Shown: piece after piece, positions 1 through 8,167 of the stretch
Layout of the letters: every line of letters starts with the position of its first letter
How positions within the stretch are numbered: position 1 is the stretch's first letter
From: Patescibacteria group bacterium
GTDB taxonomy: Bacteria > Patescibacteriota > Minisyncoccia > Ryanbacterales > GWA2-47-10b
Reading direction: 5' to 3'
DNA: 64,000 nucleotides
NCBI GenBank assembly: GCA_038064855.1
Contig: JBBTSE010000007.1
Coordinates: 18,079-82,078, forward strand
Program-made: the position numbers and the translations under genes
The notes under the pieces: generated by a model
The model's database searches: none
What the model was told of the DNA's origin: nothing
The model's input: only the letters and a program-made list of their open reading frames with translations

Positions 1-1
1 G

Positions 2-439
2 ATTTGGCGCTATATCTTTTACCGTGTGCGTTCGCGTGAAGAAACGGAAGATATTGTGCAAAATGTATTTATCAAAGCATTTGCGTCGGTAGGCCGTTTT
101 GAACAGCAAAAAGTAGATCCGCTCGCGTACTTTTACACAATCGCACGCAATACCTTGATCGATTATTGGCGCAAGAAAAAAGATATACCCATCGAGCATG
201 CGGCTCTCATCCGTGACAATGATGCCGATCCGCATGAGTTGGTATCGAAGATGGAAAATCATACGCTCGCGCACAAAGCGATCGCAAAGCTCGAGGGCGA
301 TCAACGCGAAGTAATCGTACTCCGGTTTATCAACGATATGTCGGTACGCGAGACAGCGCATATCATGGGCAAGTCAGAGGCCGCGGTGCGTCAAATGCAG
401 CTACGGGCTCTCAAAACATTGCGAGGACATTTTACTTAA
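2..439 (+). CDS. ECF-type sigma-70 family RNA polymerase sigma factor (5' partial, runs off left edge)
   Basis: Frame open from position 2. Region 2 motif IWRYIFYRVRSREETEDIVQNVFIKAF, region 4 HTH LRFINDMSVRETAHIMGKSEAAVRQMQLRALKTL. Confidence 0.8.
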   Translation: MWRYIFYRVRSREETEDIVQNVFIKAFASVGRFEQQKVDPLAYFYTIARNTLIDYWRKKKDIPIEHAALIRDNDADPHELVSKMENHTLAHKAIAKLEGDQREVIVLRFINDMSVRETAHIMGKSEAAVRQMQLRALKTLRGHFT

Positions 440-444
440 AAAAT

Positions 445-1134
445 ATGAACAAGCAGACAAATCACAACCCGATGACAGAGACAGAGCTCGATACCGCATT
501 GAGTCTCTTTGAGTCGGGCGCATCTCCCGAAGATATTATTAAAAAATTCTCTGGACACAAAGAAGAAATCGTGGGTGTTTTGCGTATGATGAGTGCTATC
601 GCGCGCGATGCTGATGCCACCGTGCCACCAAAAGAATTTCTTTCTTCGATCATAGAGAATGTCACAGAAAAGAATTCCACTCGTTATTCAAAGCGAGGGG
701 TATTCTCCTCTATTACTAGCTCACTGACATATGCATTTGATGTCGTTTCGGTACACGCACGCATCGCGGTACCAGTAGCGGCCATGGCTCTTCTGCTTGT
801 GATATTTACGGCGAACCGCCCGGGTGATCCGGCGCAAGCGCCAGAAATCTCACAAGACGGCAGGACGCTTTCGCAGGTTGCAGATGAAGGCATCTTGGTG
901 TCCGAGTATGGCGACGCCGCCGGTGTCGCTATGAAATCAGGGGTAGCACCCCAGATGATGGCGATGCAGGCAGCGCCACCTGCTACTGGCAACGCTGATG
1001 ATGCAGTATCAGCATTCGCCGAGAGTTTCTCGGAAGAAGAGGCGATGTTTGCTGCCGGTGACGCTGATATCGCGGCATTTATTGCAGATGATGGTGCATA
1101 TGCATACAAAAACTTTTATGAACAAGAACTATAA
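445..1134 (+). CDS. putative anti-sigma factor (single-TM membrane protein downstream of ECF sigma)
   Basis: Starts 6 nt after the sigma stop. Central TM segment IAVPVAAMALLLVIF. Position and architecture are typical of an ECF anti-sigma; no sequence family recognised. Confidence 0.45.
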   Translation: MNKQTNHNPMTETELDTALSLFESGASPEDIIKKFSGHKEEIVGVLRMMSAIARDADATVPPKEFLSSIIENVTEKNSTRYSKRGVFSSITSSLTYAFDVVSVHARIAVPVAAMALLLVIFTANRPGDPAQAPEISQDGRTLSQVADEGILVSEYGDAAGVAMKSGVAPQMMAMQAAPPATGNADDAVSAFAESFSEEEAMFAAGDADIAAFIADDGAYAYKNFYEQEL

Positions 1135-1870
1135 AACAACTCAATATATCGCAGCAACGCTTGTAGCATTGACGCTCGCAGGGCCTTTGAGCGTTGCAGC
1201 ACAAACCGCAACCTCAACATCTAACGGCAAAGATTTTTGCGATCGTGTTGGTACGATTTCAACCAATCTCGAAAAGCGCATTAGCAATAGAGAAGATCAG
1301 TTTCGCCGACTCAAAGATAATCGTTTAGAGACATTTTTGAAACACGCGTCATCGACCATGGAGCGTCTTGATACTACGCGCGATAAATGGGATGACAATC
1401 GTAAAGAGCATTATGCGAAGTTACTCGAGCGCGCGGATACCGATGCCAAAAAACAGGCGGTAGAAAAGTTTCGCGCAGCGATGGATGCGGCAACCGCAAA
1501 GCGCCGCGCAGCTATCGATGCTGCACTCAAAACTTTTCAGACTGATGTAAAGAGCATGATTGGTTCACGCAAGGGCGGTCTTGAGAAAGCGGCGGCTGAT
1601 TTCCGCGCTTCAGAACAAGCGGCCATCAAACAAGCAAAAGATGCCTGCTTGTCAGGTAAGCAGATCAAAGATGTGCGTCAGACGCTTAACAAAAAACTTC
1701 AGACTATGCAGCGTAGTTTTGAGGGCGATCGTCGTGATGCCAATCGATTGGGCGTCGGTCTCGACGGACTCGCGCGCAAACGCCAAGAGGCATTTCGTGA
1801 AGCTCGTGAGGCATACGAGAGTGCAGCACGCAAAGCACGCCAAGAATTGAAAGTAGTACTCGGCGCATAA
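1118..1870 (+). CDS. secreted coiled-coil protein (apolipoprotein-like K/R/E/A-rich heptads)
   Basis: ATG at 1118 precedes signal peptide MNKNYKTTQYIAATLVALTLAGPLSVAAQ. Remainder is charged helical repeats. Overlaps the upstream gene by 17 nt. Confidence 0.6.
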   Translation: MNKNYKTTQYIAATLVALTLAGPLSVAAQTATSTSNGKDFCDRVGTISTNLEKRISNREDQFRRLKDNRLETFLKHASSTMERLDTTRDKWDDNRKEHYAKLLERADTDAKKQAVEKFRAAMDAATAKRRAAIDAALKTFQTDVKSMIGSRKGGLEKAAADFRASEQAAIKQAKDACLSGKQIKDVRQTLNKKLQTMQRSFEGDRRDANRLGVGLDGLARKRQEAFREAREAYESAARKARQELKVVLGA

Positions 1871-1885
1871 ATCATATACAAATGA

Positions 1886-1920
1886 AAAGGTCCCGCACCA
1901 TGGTGGTGGGGGACTTTTAT
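1886..1920. terminator. bidirectional rho-independent terminator (hairpin GGTCCCGCACCA/TGGTGGTGGGGGAC then TTTTAT)
   Basis: Palindrome centred on CACCATGGTG between convergent genes. T-tract follows on the + strand. Confidence 0.5.
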
Positions 1921-1921
1921 G

Positions 1922-2020
1922 TCAGTGGCGATCGCGGCGATATCGAATCTCTGTACAGCAGAGAGCTGATGTGACGGCAAGCACCAATCCAATGGAGCCG
2001 AGTACGATGACAAAATTCAT
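1922..2020 (-). CDS. small hydrophobic membrane peptide, 32 aa (MNFVIVLGSIGLVLAVTSALCCTEIRYRRDRH)
   Basis: Not in ORF track (<60 aa). Strong SD GAAAGAAGGGGG 5 nt upstream of ATG (minus strand). Single TM helix. Confidence 0.4.
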   Translation of the reverse strand: MNFVIVLGSIGLVLAVTSALCCTEIRYRRDRH

Positions 2021-2144
2021 AAACGCCCCCTTCTTTCTTAACTGTGGCACGAGTAGGAAAGTTTTTCAAAAACCCTGTGCATATTGACTTATAAAGAAAT
2101 AGTGGTGTGGTAGCTATCGAACGGTAGCTCTTAGGGAGGATAGG

Positions 2145-2471
2145 ATGAAGCAAAAACCTGTCTATACATGGTATGTCGAGCCGCTCCGTGCGCATACCAA
2201 TGAAGTCATCGCGCGCGAGCTCGGAGACGACATCTTTCTCGAGCGCAATGTGCGCTGTGAGGACGGTATTCTGCGTACACTCTGGCGTTGCGACTACGCA
2301 TTCGTGGCGCGCCTCCAGCAAAGCAAGCAGAGCCTGCAGATCGAGTTTCGCGTCTTCAACAAGCGCGGAAAGCATGGGGCAGTGCGCCTTTGGCACTTTA
2401 CTAGGTCACGCAAGGCGGCGGCCACGACCCGACGCAAGCTCGATATCATCCGCAAGAGGCGGGCCTCCTAG
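2145..2471 (+). CDS. hypothetical small basic protein
   Basis: SD GGGAGGA 6 nt upstream of ATG. Preferred over the overlapping antisense ORF 1917..2396. Confidence 0.5.
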   Translation: MKQKPVYTWYVEPLRAHTNEVIARELGDDIFLERNVRCEDGILRTLWRCDYAFVARLQQSKQSLQIEFRVFNKRGKHGAVRLWHFTRSRKAAATTRRKLDIIRKRRAS

Positions 2472-2591
2472 ACATAAGAGGCCCTTTTTCATACTTTGTT
2501 GGCTTTTATAAATGCGAGTATACTGGAGATAGGTTACTTTCATTATTAAAGGTCGGTTTTTTATCAGAACCTTTCTCTATAACTTTATCTA

Positions 2592-2813
2592 ATGAAAGCG
2601 CTTCACATGGTTGCGTTTATCCTCTTGGTTGTGGGCGGTCTTAATTGGGGGCTTTACCTTTTCGGCTTCGAGGTTGGCGCAAAATTTTTAGGCGGTATGG
2701 ATTCAACTCCTGCCAAAGCGGTCTACGCGCTCGTCGCACTCTCAGCAGTCTTTGAGCTTGTCACGCACAAGTCATCCTGCAAGATGTGCAACAGCAGTTC
2801 GCAGACAATGTAA
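2592..2813 (+). CDS. DUF378 family small membrane protein
   Basis: Characteristic GGLNWGL motif and two TM helices. Confidence 0.7.
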   Translation: MKALHMVAFILLVVGGLNWGLYLFGFEVGAKFLGGMDSTPAKAVYALVALSAVFELVTHKSSCKMCNSSSQTM

Positions 2814-2822
2814 CCTTGTACG

Positions 2823-2858
2823 AAAACACTCGGCACTACCCCCGAGTGTTTTTGTTTT
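2823..2858 (+). terminator. rho-independent terminator
   Basis: Perfect 11-bp stem AAAACACTCGG/CCGAGTGTTTT followed by TTTTGTTTT. Confidence 0.8.
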
Positions 2859-2866
2859 GCTGTGAT

Positions 2867-3508
2867 ATGATAGCGGGTATGCAACGCATACAGCCACGCC
2901 CACCGGTAGTAACAGCATTTGCGTTATTGTTCAGTATCATATTCCTCGCGTTTATTTTTTCGCGTACCTCGTTTGCTATTGTACAAGCGCTTGAGCAGTT
3001 TGGTTTTATACCAGAAAAAATGCTTTCGGTCGGTGAATGGTACCGTATCGTTTCGTCGCTCGGTATACACGAAAATAGTATGTTTCTTGCAGTTGAGGTG
3101 CTTTTCTTGCTTGTACTTGGCGGGCCGTTTGAAAAGAGACAAGGCGCACAACATTTTTTAGTAGTATTTATGGGCGCGTCGCTTGTGTCGTTTATTGCCT
3201 TTAGTTTGTTTGCATGGGGGCAAGGACTTGTGCTGACGGGGTCATTTGCTGGCATTGGTGGAGTTGTAGGCGCATGGGTTGCTGAGACACATGGTCGTAA
3301 GCGAGTTTCTCATTATGGCAATGTAGTCGTAAGAGACTTTGAAGAGTTACCAGCACTTTTGGTTTTAGCATTGTGGCTCTTTGTGATCTTCGTGCTTTCC
3401 ATACTGTTTTCAGCCGATTTTTTCATCTATTTCTCGGCTGTATGCATAGCTACATTTGCGGGGGGCGTAATCCACTTTGCGTTCACGCCAAAGCGCGGTA
3501 AACTATAG
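2867..3508 (+). CDS. rhomboid-like intramembrane protein (catalytic Ser possibly absent)
   Basis: GEWYRIVSSLGIHENSMFLAVEVLFLLVLGGPFEKRQG matches the rhomboid TM2 pattern (WR..T..F.H...H...NM). GASL sits where GxSG is expected. AWVAETHG sits at the His position. Confidence 0.5.
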   Translation: MIAGMQRIQPRPPVVTAFALLFSIIFLAFIFSRTSFAIVQALEQFGFIPEKMLSVGEWYRIVSSLGIHENSMFLAVEVLFLLVLGGPFEKRQGAQHFLVVFMGASLVSFIAFSLFAWGQGLVLTGSFAGIGGVVGAWVAETHGRKRVSHYGNVVVRDFEELPALLVLALWLFVIFVLSILFSADFFIYFSAVCIATFAGGVIHFAFTPKRGKL

Positions 3509-3510
3509 AT

Positions 3511-4074
3511 ATGAATTCAAAAATTCTTTTAGGCATTGTCGCTCTCGGTATCGTCGTCGTAGGATTTTTCTTGTTCGCATGCGAAGATGATTGGTGCATG
3601 GTATTTGCGTGGCAAAAGGTGCAGGCGGTAAATACTTTTGATGATTGCGTTCGCCTCGGGTTTCCAGTCTCCGAATCATATCCACCACAATGTCATGCGG
3701 GTTCAAAGTCATTTGCCAAAGATGTCGGCAACGAGATCGATAAGATCGATTTAATTCGTATCAATTGGCCGCGTCCCGGTAGCGCTATCAAAAAGGGTGT
3801 GCCCTTGTTGGTCAAAGGAGAGGCGCGTGGCAATTGGTTTTTTGAAGCATCGTTTCCCATTGTACTCAAAGATGGCAACGGCGCTGTCCTTGCCGAAGGT
3901 GTCGCGCAAGCAGAGGGCGAGTGGATGACCACTCAGTTCGTGCCGTATGTGGCGACTCTCGCGTTTTCAGGTACACCCACGACAAACAATGGCACGCTCA
4001 CATTGCATAAAGACAATCCTTCAGGTATGCCTGAACATGATGACGCGCTCGTCATTCCACTTACCTTTGAGTAG
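3511..4074 (+). CDS. Gmad2 immunoglobulin-like domain protein, N-terminal membrane anchor
   Basis: TM anchor then the FEASFPIVLKDGNGAVLAEG...GEWMTTQFVPYVATLAF signature of GerMN/Gmad2 Ig-like domains. Confidence 0.6.
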   Translation: MNSKILLGIVALGIVVVGFFLFACEDDWCMVFAWQKVQAVNTFDDCVRLGFPVSESYPPQCHAGSKSFAKDVGNEIDKIDLIRINWPRPGSAIKKGVPLLVKGEARGNWFFEASFPIVLKDGNGAVLAEGVAQAEGEWMTTQFVPYVATLAFSGTPTTNNGTLTLHKDNPSGMPEHDDALVIPLTFE

Positions 4075-4780
4075 AAAACACCGGTTTATCGGTTCGTTTA
4101 ATCTTGCAGATTCTCATCTTCTTGTACGCGATGGGGCATTTTTCAATCAGTGCAAAAATGTATTGCGTCTGCGGGAAGGCCAAGAGATTGTTTTGGGTGA
4201 TGGCAAGGGTAGCGAGGCGCGCGCGAAGATACTCGCATATGGAACGCGTTCGGTGTCTGTTGAGCTTCTGGATCGTGCGACCGTCACGCGCGAAGTGCCC
4301 ATCGAGGCGACGCTCTACGCATCAATGCTCAAACATGAACACTTTGAATTTGTCGTCCAGAAGGCGACCGAGGCGGGGATCGCGCGCATCGTGCCTATTG
4401 AGTCCGCGCGTACGGTAAAAAAAGGTATGAAGCGAGCGCGTCTCGAGACGATTATGCGCGAGGCCTCCGAACAGTCTGGTAGAGCACATACGCCGGTACT
4501 TGAAGATATGATGACTTTTGGCGAAGCTCTCGACGCGGCAAAAGCGGCAGGGCGCGTAGTTTTTTTTGATAGCTCTGGTATTGCGCTTACCGATATACCT
4601 ACCGCAAAAAAAGGTACTTCGATAGCGTTGTTTGTAGGCCCCGAAGGAGGTTGGGACGCCCAAGAACTGGCAGGCGCGCATGATGCCGGGTGCGTCATCG
4701 CAAGCTTGGGAGGATTAGTATTGCGCGCAGAGACTGCCGCTACTATCGCCGTCTATCTGGGCGCGCACGGACTTTTATGA
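4037..4780 (+). CDS. rsmE: 16S rRNA (uracil1498-N3)-methyltransferase RsmE
   Basis: C-terminal SPOUT motifs FVGPEGGW...LGGLVLRAETAA. First in-frame ATG (MMTRSS) overlaps the Gmad2 gene by 38 nt. No alternative start exists after its stop. Confidence 0.75.
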   Translation: MMTRSSFHLPLSRKHRFIGSFNLADSHLLVRDGAFFNQCKNVLRLREGQEIVLGDGKGSEARAKILAYGTRSVSVELLDRATVTREVPIEATLYASMLKHEHFEFVVQKATEAGIARIVPIESARTVKKGMKRARLETIMREASEQSGRAHTPVLEDMMTFGEALDAAKAAGRVVFFDSSGIALTDIPTAKKGTSIALFVGPEGGWDAQELAGAHDAGCVIASLGGLVLRAETAATIAVYLGAHGLL

Positions 4781-5826
4781 ACAGTGCCGATTTGAGTCGG
4801 TATGAGTATCGTCTACCTGAATCATTGGTCGCGCGGCGACCCGCGAGCGTACGCGATCGCTCCAAGTTATTTATATATGACACGGTGACTGACACGATCG
4901 CGTTCGATACATTTCATAATATCGCACAGTATTTGCCTGCGAAAACATTGCTTGTGCTTAACGAGACCAAAGTAGTGCCAGCGCGCCTCTCGCTCACCAA
5001 AGAGACAGGCGGTAAGGTGATAGCGTTATTACTTATCAATGAATGGCAAGGGCACGGGTCTCTTAGGGCGCTTGTTGATCGTAAGGTGACGGTCGGTCAG
5101 ATACTGCGTGCCGATGCGCGGCATTTTTTCAAAGTAGTAGATCAAAAAGATAAAATCTTTTTTCTCAAGCCAAGTATTTCGCGTGACGCGCTCATCGGGT
5201 TTTTGCAGCGCGCGGGTGAGACGCCAATACCAAAGTATCTTGCAGGCGGCAATATGTCCGAGCGTGTACTGCGTGAGCGATATCAAAGTGTGTTTGCAAA
5301 GCAGGCCGCGTCAGTCGCCGCCCCTACCGCGTCACTGCATTTTACTCCGAATGTTTTTACTTCACTCAAAAAAAAGCATATTGAATCAGCTCGTATAGCG
5401 CTCCATGTAGGTATGGGCACCTTTGCGCCATTTGGCGAGCGCGAGCTACGCACCAAAAAACTATTTACTGAATATTATGAGATATCATCAGAGGCCGCGC
5501 GCCGCATCACTACTCAAAAGAAAAGCGGCTATCCCACCATCGCGGTAGGCACTACCGCTGTGCGAGCGCTCGAGAGTGCGGCGCGCGCAGGTGCTCTACG
5601 AGCTGGCAACGGCGCTACTGATATTTTTATCTACCCGCCATTTCGATTTCGTATTATTGACGGGCTGATTACAAATTTTCATTTACCCCAATCATCACTC
5701 ATGTTGCTTGTTGATGCATTGTTGCAGCACAAGCGTGCAAAACGTCGTATCGCGGATTTGTATAAAATCGCTATACGCAAAAAGTTTAGGTTCTATTCAT
5801 TTGGTGATGCGATGCTGATCCGATAG
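4777..5826 (+). CDS. queA: S-adenosylmethionine:tRNA ribosyltransferase-isomerase QueA
   Basis: YEYRLPESLVARRPASVRDRSKL...VLNETKVVPARL. ATGA overlap with the rsmE stop. Confidence 0.85.
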   Translation: MNSADLSRYEYRLPESLVARRPASVRDRSKLFIYDTVTDTIAFDTFHNIAQYLPAKTLLVLNETKVVPARLSLTKETGGKVIALLLINEWQGHGSLRALVDRKVTVGQILRADARHFFKVVDQKDKIFFLKPSISRDALIGFLQRAGETPIPKYLAGGNMSERVLRERYQSVFAKQAASVAAPTASLHFTPNVFTSLKKKHIESARIALHVGMGTFAPFGERELRTKKLFTEYYEISSEAARRITTQKKSGYPTIAVGTTAVRALESAARAGALRAGNGATDIFIYPPFRFRIIDGLITNFHLPQSSLMLLVDALLQHKRAKRRIADLYKIAIRKKFRFYSFGDAMLIR

Positions 5827-5894
5827 AGGGCTCGCCTTTACTGTTTATCCGTGGTATAATCGCAAAAGGTTTGTTCCTAACCAAGGAGGTATAG

Positions 5895-6815
5895 ATGCAG
5901 GCTTTAGGTCGTACGCAGGTATTGCCACGCCGAGGAGGGCGCGAGCACTGGCCTGACGGATCGCAGGAGCGACAAGTTGAGCGGTTCTATAGCACGGGTG
6001 GCGATAGCTACCACGATGTGCGCGGGGGATTTCTGTCGTTTGGCCTTCGCACGCGCGTCGGCATGACCTACGAGGAAGCCACCCTTGAAGAGGCTTACTA
6101 CATGGGTAAACTCGCCGAGTTTACGCGCCAGAGCATCGTGCTCGATGTGGGCTTCGGCAATGGAACCCAAGACATCGTCTGGCTCGAGCGCTGGGCGCCT
6201 GATCGGATCGTGGGGATCGATGTGACCTATGCCCACGTGCGCCGCGCGCAAGAACGCGCCGCACGGATGGGCGTACCCGAGACCAAGATGATGTTTCAGC
6301 ATGGGAGTGCTACGGCACTTTCGTTCTCTGAGGCGTCGTTCACTCACGTCATCGGGCTCGAGTCTCCGCCTCATTTTGATACGCGGGAACGCTTCTTTCA
6401 CGAAGCGTATCGTGTGCTCAAGCCGGGCGGACGAATCGTGCTCGCTGACTACTCGCTCGAGCGCGATCCCGCAACCTTCTTTGAGCGCATGCTGGTGCGG
6501 CAAGGTGCTCGCCTCTGGCATGTGCCGGAGAAAAACATCTACGGGCGCGATGGATACATTCGCCGTCTTCGTAACGCGGGTTTCTACAAGATTCATGTCG
6601 AGCGCCGTGGGGCTGATGTGATTCCCGGCTACGTCGCCGATCATCGCCAGTCAGAAGCTTTGTGGCAGACCATGAAGGTGAGGGGTTTTTGGCAGGGCGT
6701 CGTGGGTGGATCGATCATCGATACCGCAGTACTCAAACTCTACGAGCGAGGACTCCTCGAGTACATCTTTGTCACAGCAGAGAAGCCTCCAATCAAGGAT
6801 GGCGAGGCCGTCTGA
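5895..6815 (+). CDS. class I SAM-dependent methyltransferase (GC-rich, likely acquired)
   Basis: Motif I VLDVGFGNG, post-I VLKPGGRIVL. SD AAGGAGG 6 nt upstream. About 60% GC against about 50% background. Confidence 0.75.
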   Translation: MQALGRTQVLPRRGGREHWPDGSQERQVERFYSTGGDSYHDVRGGFLSFGLRTRVGMTYEEATLEEAYYMGKLAEFTRQSIVLDVGFGNGTQDIVWLERWAPDRIVGIDVTYAHVRRAQERAARMGVPETKMMFQHGSATALSFSEASFTHVIGLESPPHFDTRERFFHEAYRVLKPGGRIVLADYSLERDPATFFERMLVRQGARLWHVPEKNIYGRDGYIRRLRNAGFYKIHVERRGADVIPGYVADHRQSEALWQTMKVRGFWQGVVGGSIIDTAVLKLYERGLLEYIFVTAEKPPIKDGEAV

Positions 6816-6882
6816 CGACAATCATCACCAGTTTCCCGCAGGGGAGCTGGTGTTTTTCTTTTTAATCAAGAACAATACAAAT

Positions 6883-7485
6883 ATGTTTGCTGTACCATTT
6901 GAATCGATTTTGCAGGCGCTTGGGTATCTGGGCGTTTTCTTGCTGATGATCGCCAATGGTTTTATTAGCTTTCCGTCGAGTCAGATTTTATATATCGTCG
7001 CCGGGTATTTCGTATCACTCGGTCATCTCAATATTATCTTCGTCTCTCTTATTGGAGCGCTTGGTAATACGATCGGCAATATCATGCTCTACGAAGTGGT
7101 GCGAGCGTATGGTCTTTCGTACATTACCAAATGGGCGATGTTCCCCGAACGCGAGGTCAAAAAAGTAGTCATCGCATTTCGCAGGCGTGGCGCGTGGTTT
7201 TTATTTTTGGCAAAGATGCTCCCAGCCATCAAAGTGTTCGCACCTATTCCTGCAGGCTTATCTCATATGAACCGCGCGCTCTTTGTACCGATTATTTTTG
7301 TGTCATCGTGGTTGTGGTCACTTATCTTTTTGGCTATTGGGTATTTCTTTGGCAAAACGGAAGATATTTTCGGCGCGTACGCATTGGTGCTTTCGCTCGT
7401 AGCACTCGTTGTCGTAGGTATTTTCTATAAGTATATGAACAGCAAAGAGGTGATTGAAGCTCTGGAAAAAGAAAGCCGCCACTAG
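6883..7485 (+). CDS. DedA/SNARE-associated (VTT domain) membrane protein
   Basis: Multi-TM with DedA core. Start chosen at MFAVPFESILQALGYLGVFLLM. Confidence 0.65.
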   Translation: MFAVPFESILQALGYLGVFLLMIANGFISFPSSQILYIVAGYFVSLGHLNIIFVSLIGALGNTIGNIMLYEVVRAYGLSYITKWAMFPEREVKKVVIAFRRRGAWFLFLAKMLPAIKVFAPIPAGLSHMNRALFVPIIFVSSWLWSLIFLAIGYFFGKTEDIFGAYALVLSLVALVVVGIFYKYMNSKEVIEALEKESRH

Positions 7486-7709
7486 GTGGGTGGCGGGCTG
7501 TGATGCTGGCGAAAGTTTTCGCGCGTGGTGATGGTGCGCTCGAGTTTGCACGATAGGCAACGCTCGCGCGTGCGGACCTCGTCCCACTTCGCGTAGAGGC
7601 GGCCGAGCCCTGCGATCTCCGAATCTTCGGCGTGGCTGATGCGTTGCATGGAGACGACGCGCATATCGTGATAGCCGTTGGGCGAGCACGGTTTTTTGGT
7701 TCTCATCAT
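7482..7709 (-). CDS. small hypothetical protein with Cys pair and CxxC (possible zinc ribbon), GC-rich
   Basis: SD GAAGGGAG 4 nt upstream of ATGATG. 75 aa. Confidence 0.45.
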   Translation of the reverse strand: MMRTKKPCSPNGYHDMRVVSMQRISHAEDSEIAGLGRLYAKWDEVRTRERCLSCKLERTITTRENFRQHHSPPPT

Positions 7710-7812
7710 GTACTCCCTTCTTTTCTATTCGTAAGATTTTTTGACTAAAAAGTCAATCTCTTGCATAATTTCTTCTTTGCCCGTTTTTCTAGGTCATGCA
7801 ATACTATAAGTA

Positions 7813-8151
7813 ATGACCGAGTCACTCCTCGATAAAAAATGTGCGCCGTGCGAAGGCGGTACCCAGCCACTTACGCGCGAGCAGGCGATACGCCAAGTCT
7901 CCGATCTCCGTGCGACATGGGACCTTTCATCCGATGCTCTTAAAATAAGTTGTATATTTGAGTTCGGTACATTTCGTGACGCCATCGGATTTGTGAATAA
8001 AGTAGCGGATTTAGCTGAACATGAAGGACATCATCCTGATATTCATATATCATATAGTATAGTGACCATTGAGCTTTGGACGCATGCCATCAAAGGCCTT
8101 TCGGAAAATGATTTTATTCTCGCGGCTAAAATAGAACATTTGTTGGGATAG
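7813..8151 (+). CDS. phhB: pterin-4a-carbinolamine dehydratase
   Basis: AEHEGHHPDIHISYSIVTIELWTHAIKGLSENDFILAAKIE is the PCD signature. Confidence 0.85.
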   Translation: MTESLLDKKCAPCEGGTQPLTREQAIRQVSDLRATWDLSSDALKISCIFEFGTFRDAIGFVNKVADLAEHEGHHPDIHISYSIVTIELWTHAIKGLSENDFILAAKIEHLLG

Positions 8152-8167
8152 AGGTATACTAAAGTTA

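Noticed and set aside
684-1109. 141-aa Ala/Ser-rich minus ORF
   Set aside because: Antisense to the anti-sigma and coiled-coil genes. Compositionally a shadow.
1917-2396. 159-aa minus ORF and 2173..2511 + ORF
   Set aside because: They overlap the better-supported 2145..2471 gene (strong SD) and have no RBS or homology. The real minus-strand gene there is the 32-aa peptide at 1922..2020.
5904-6644. 246-aa minus-strand ORF
   Set aside because: Shadow ORF inside the GC-rich methyltransferase gene. High GC suppresses stops.
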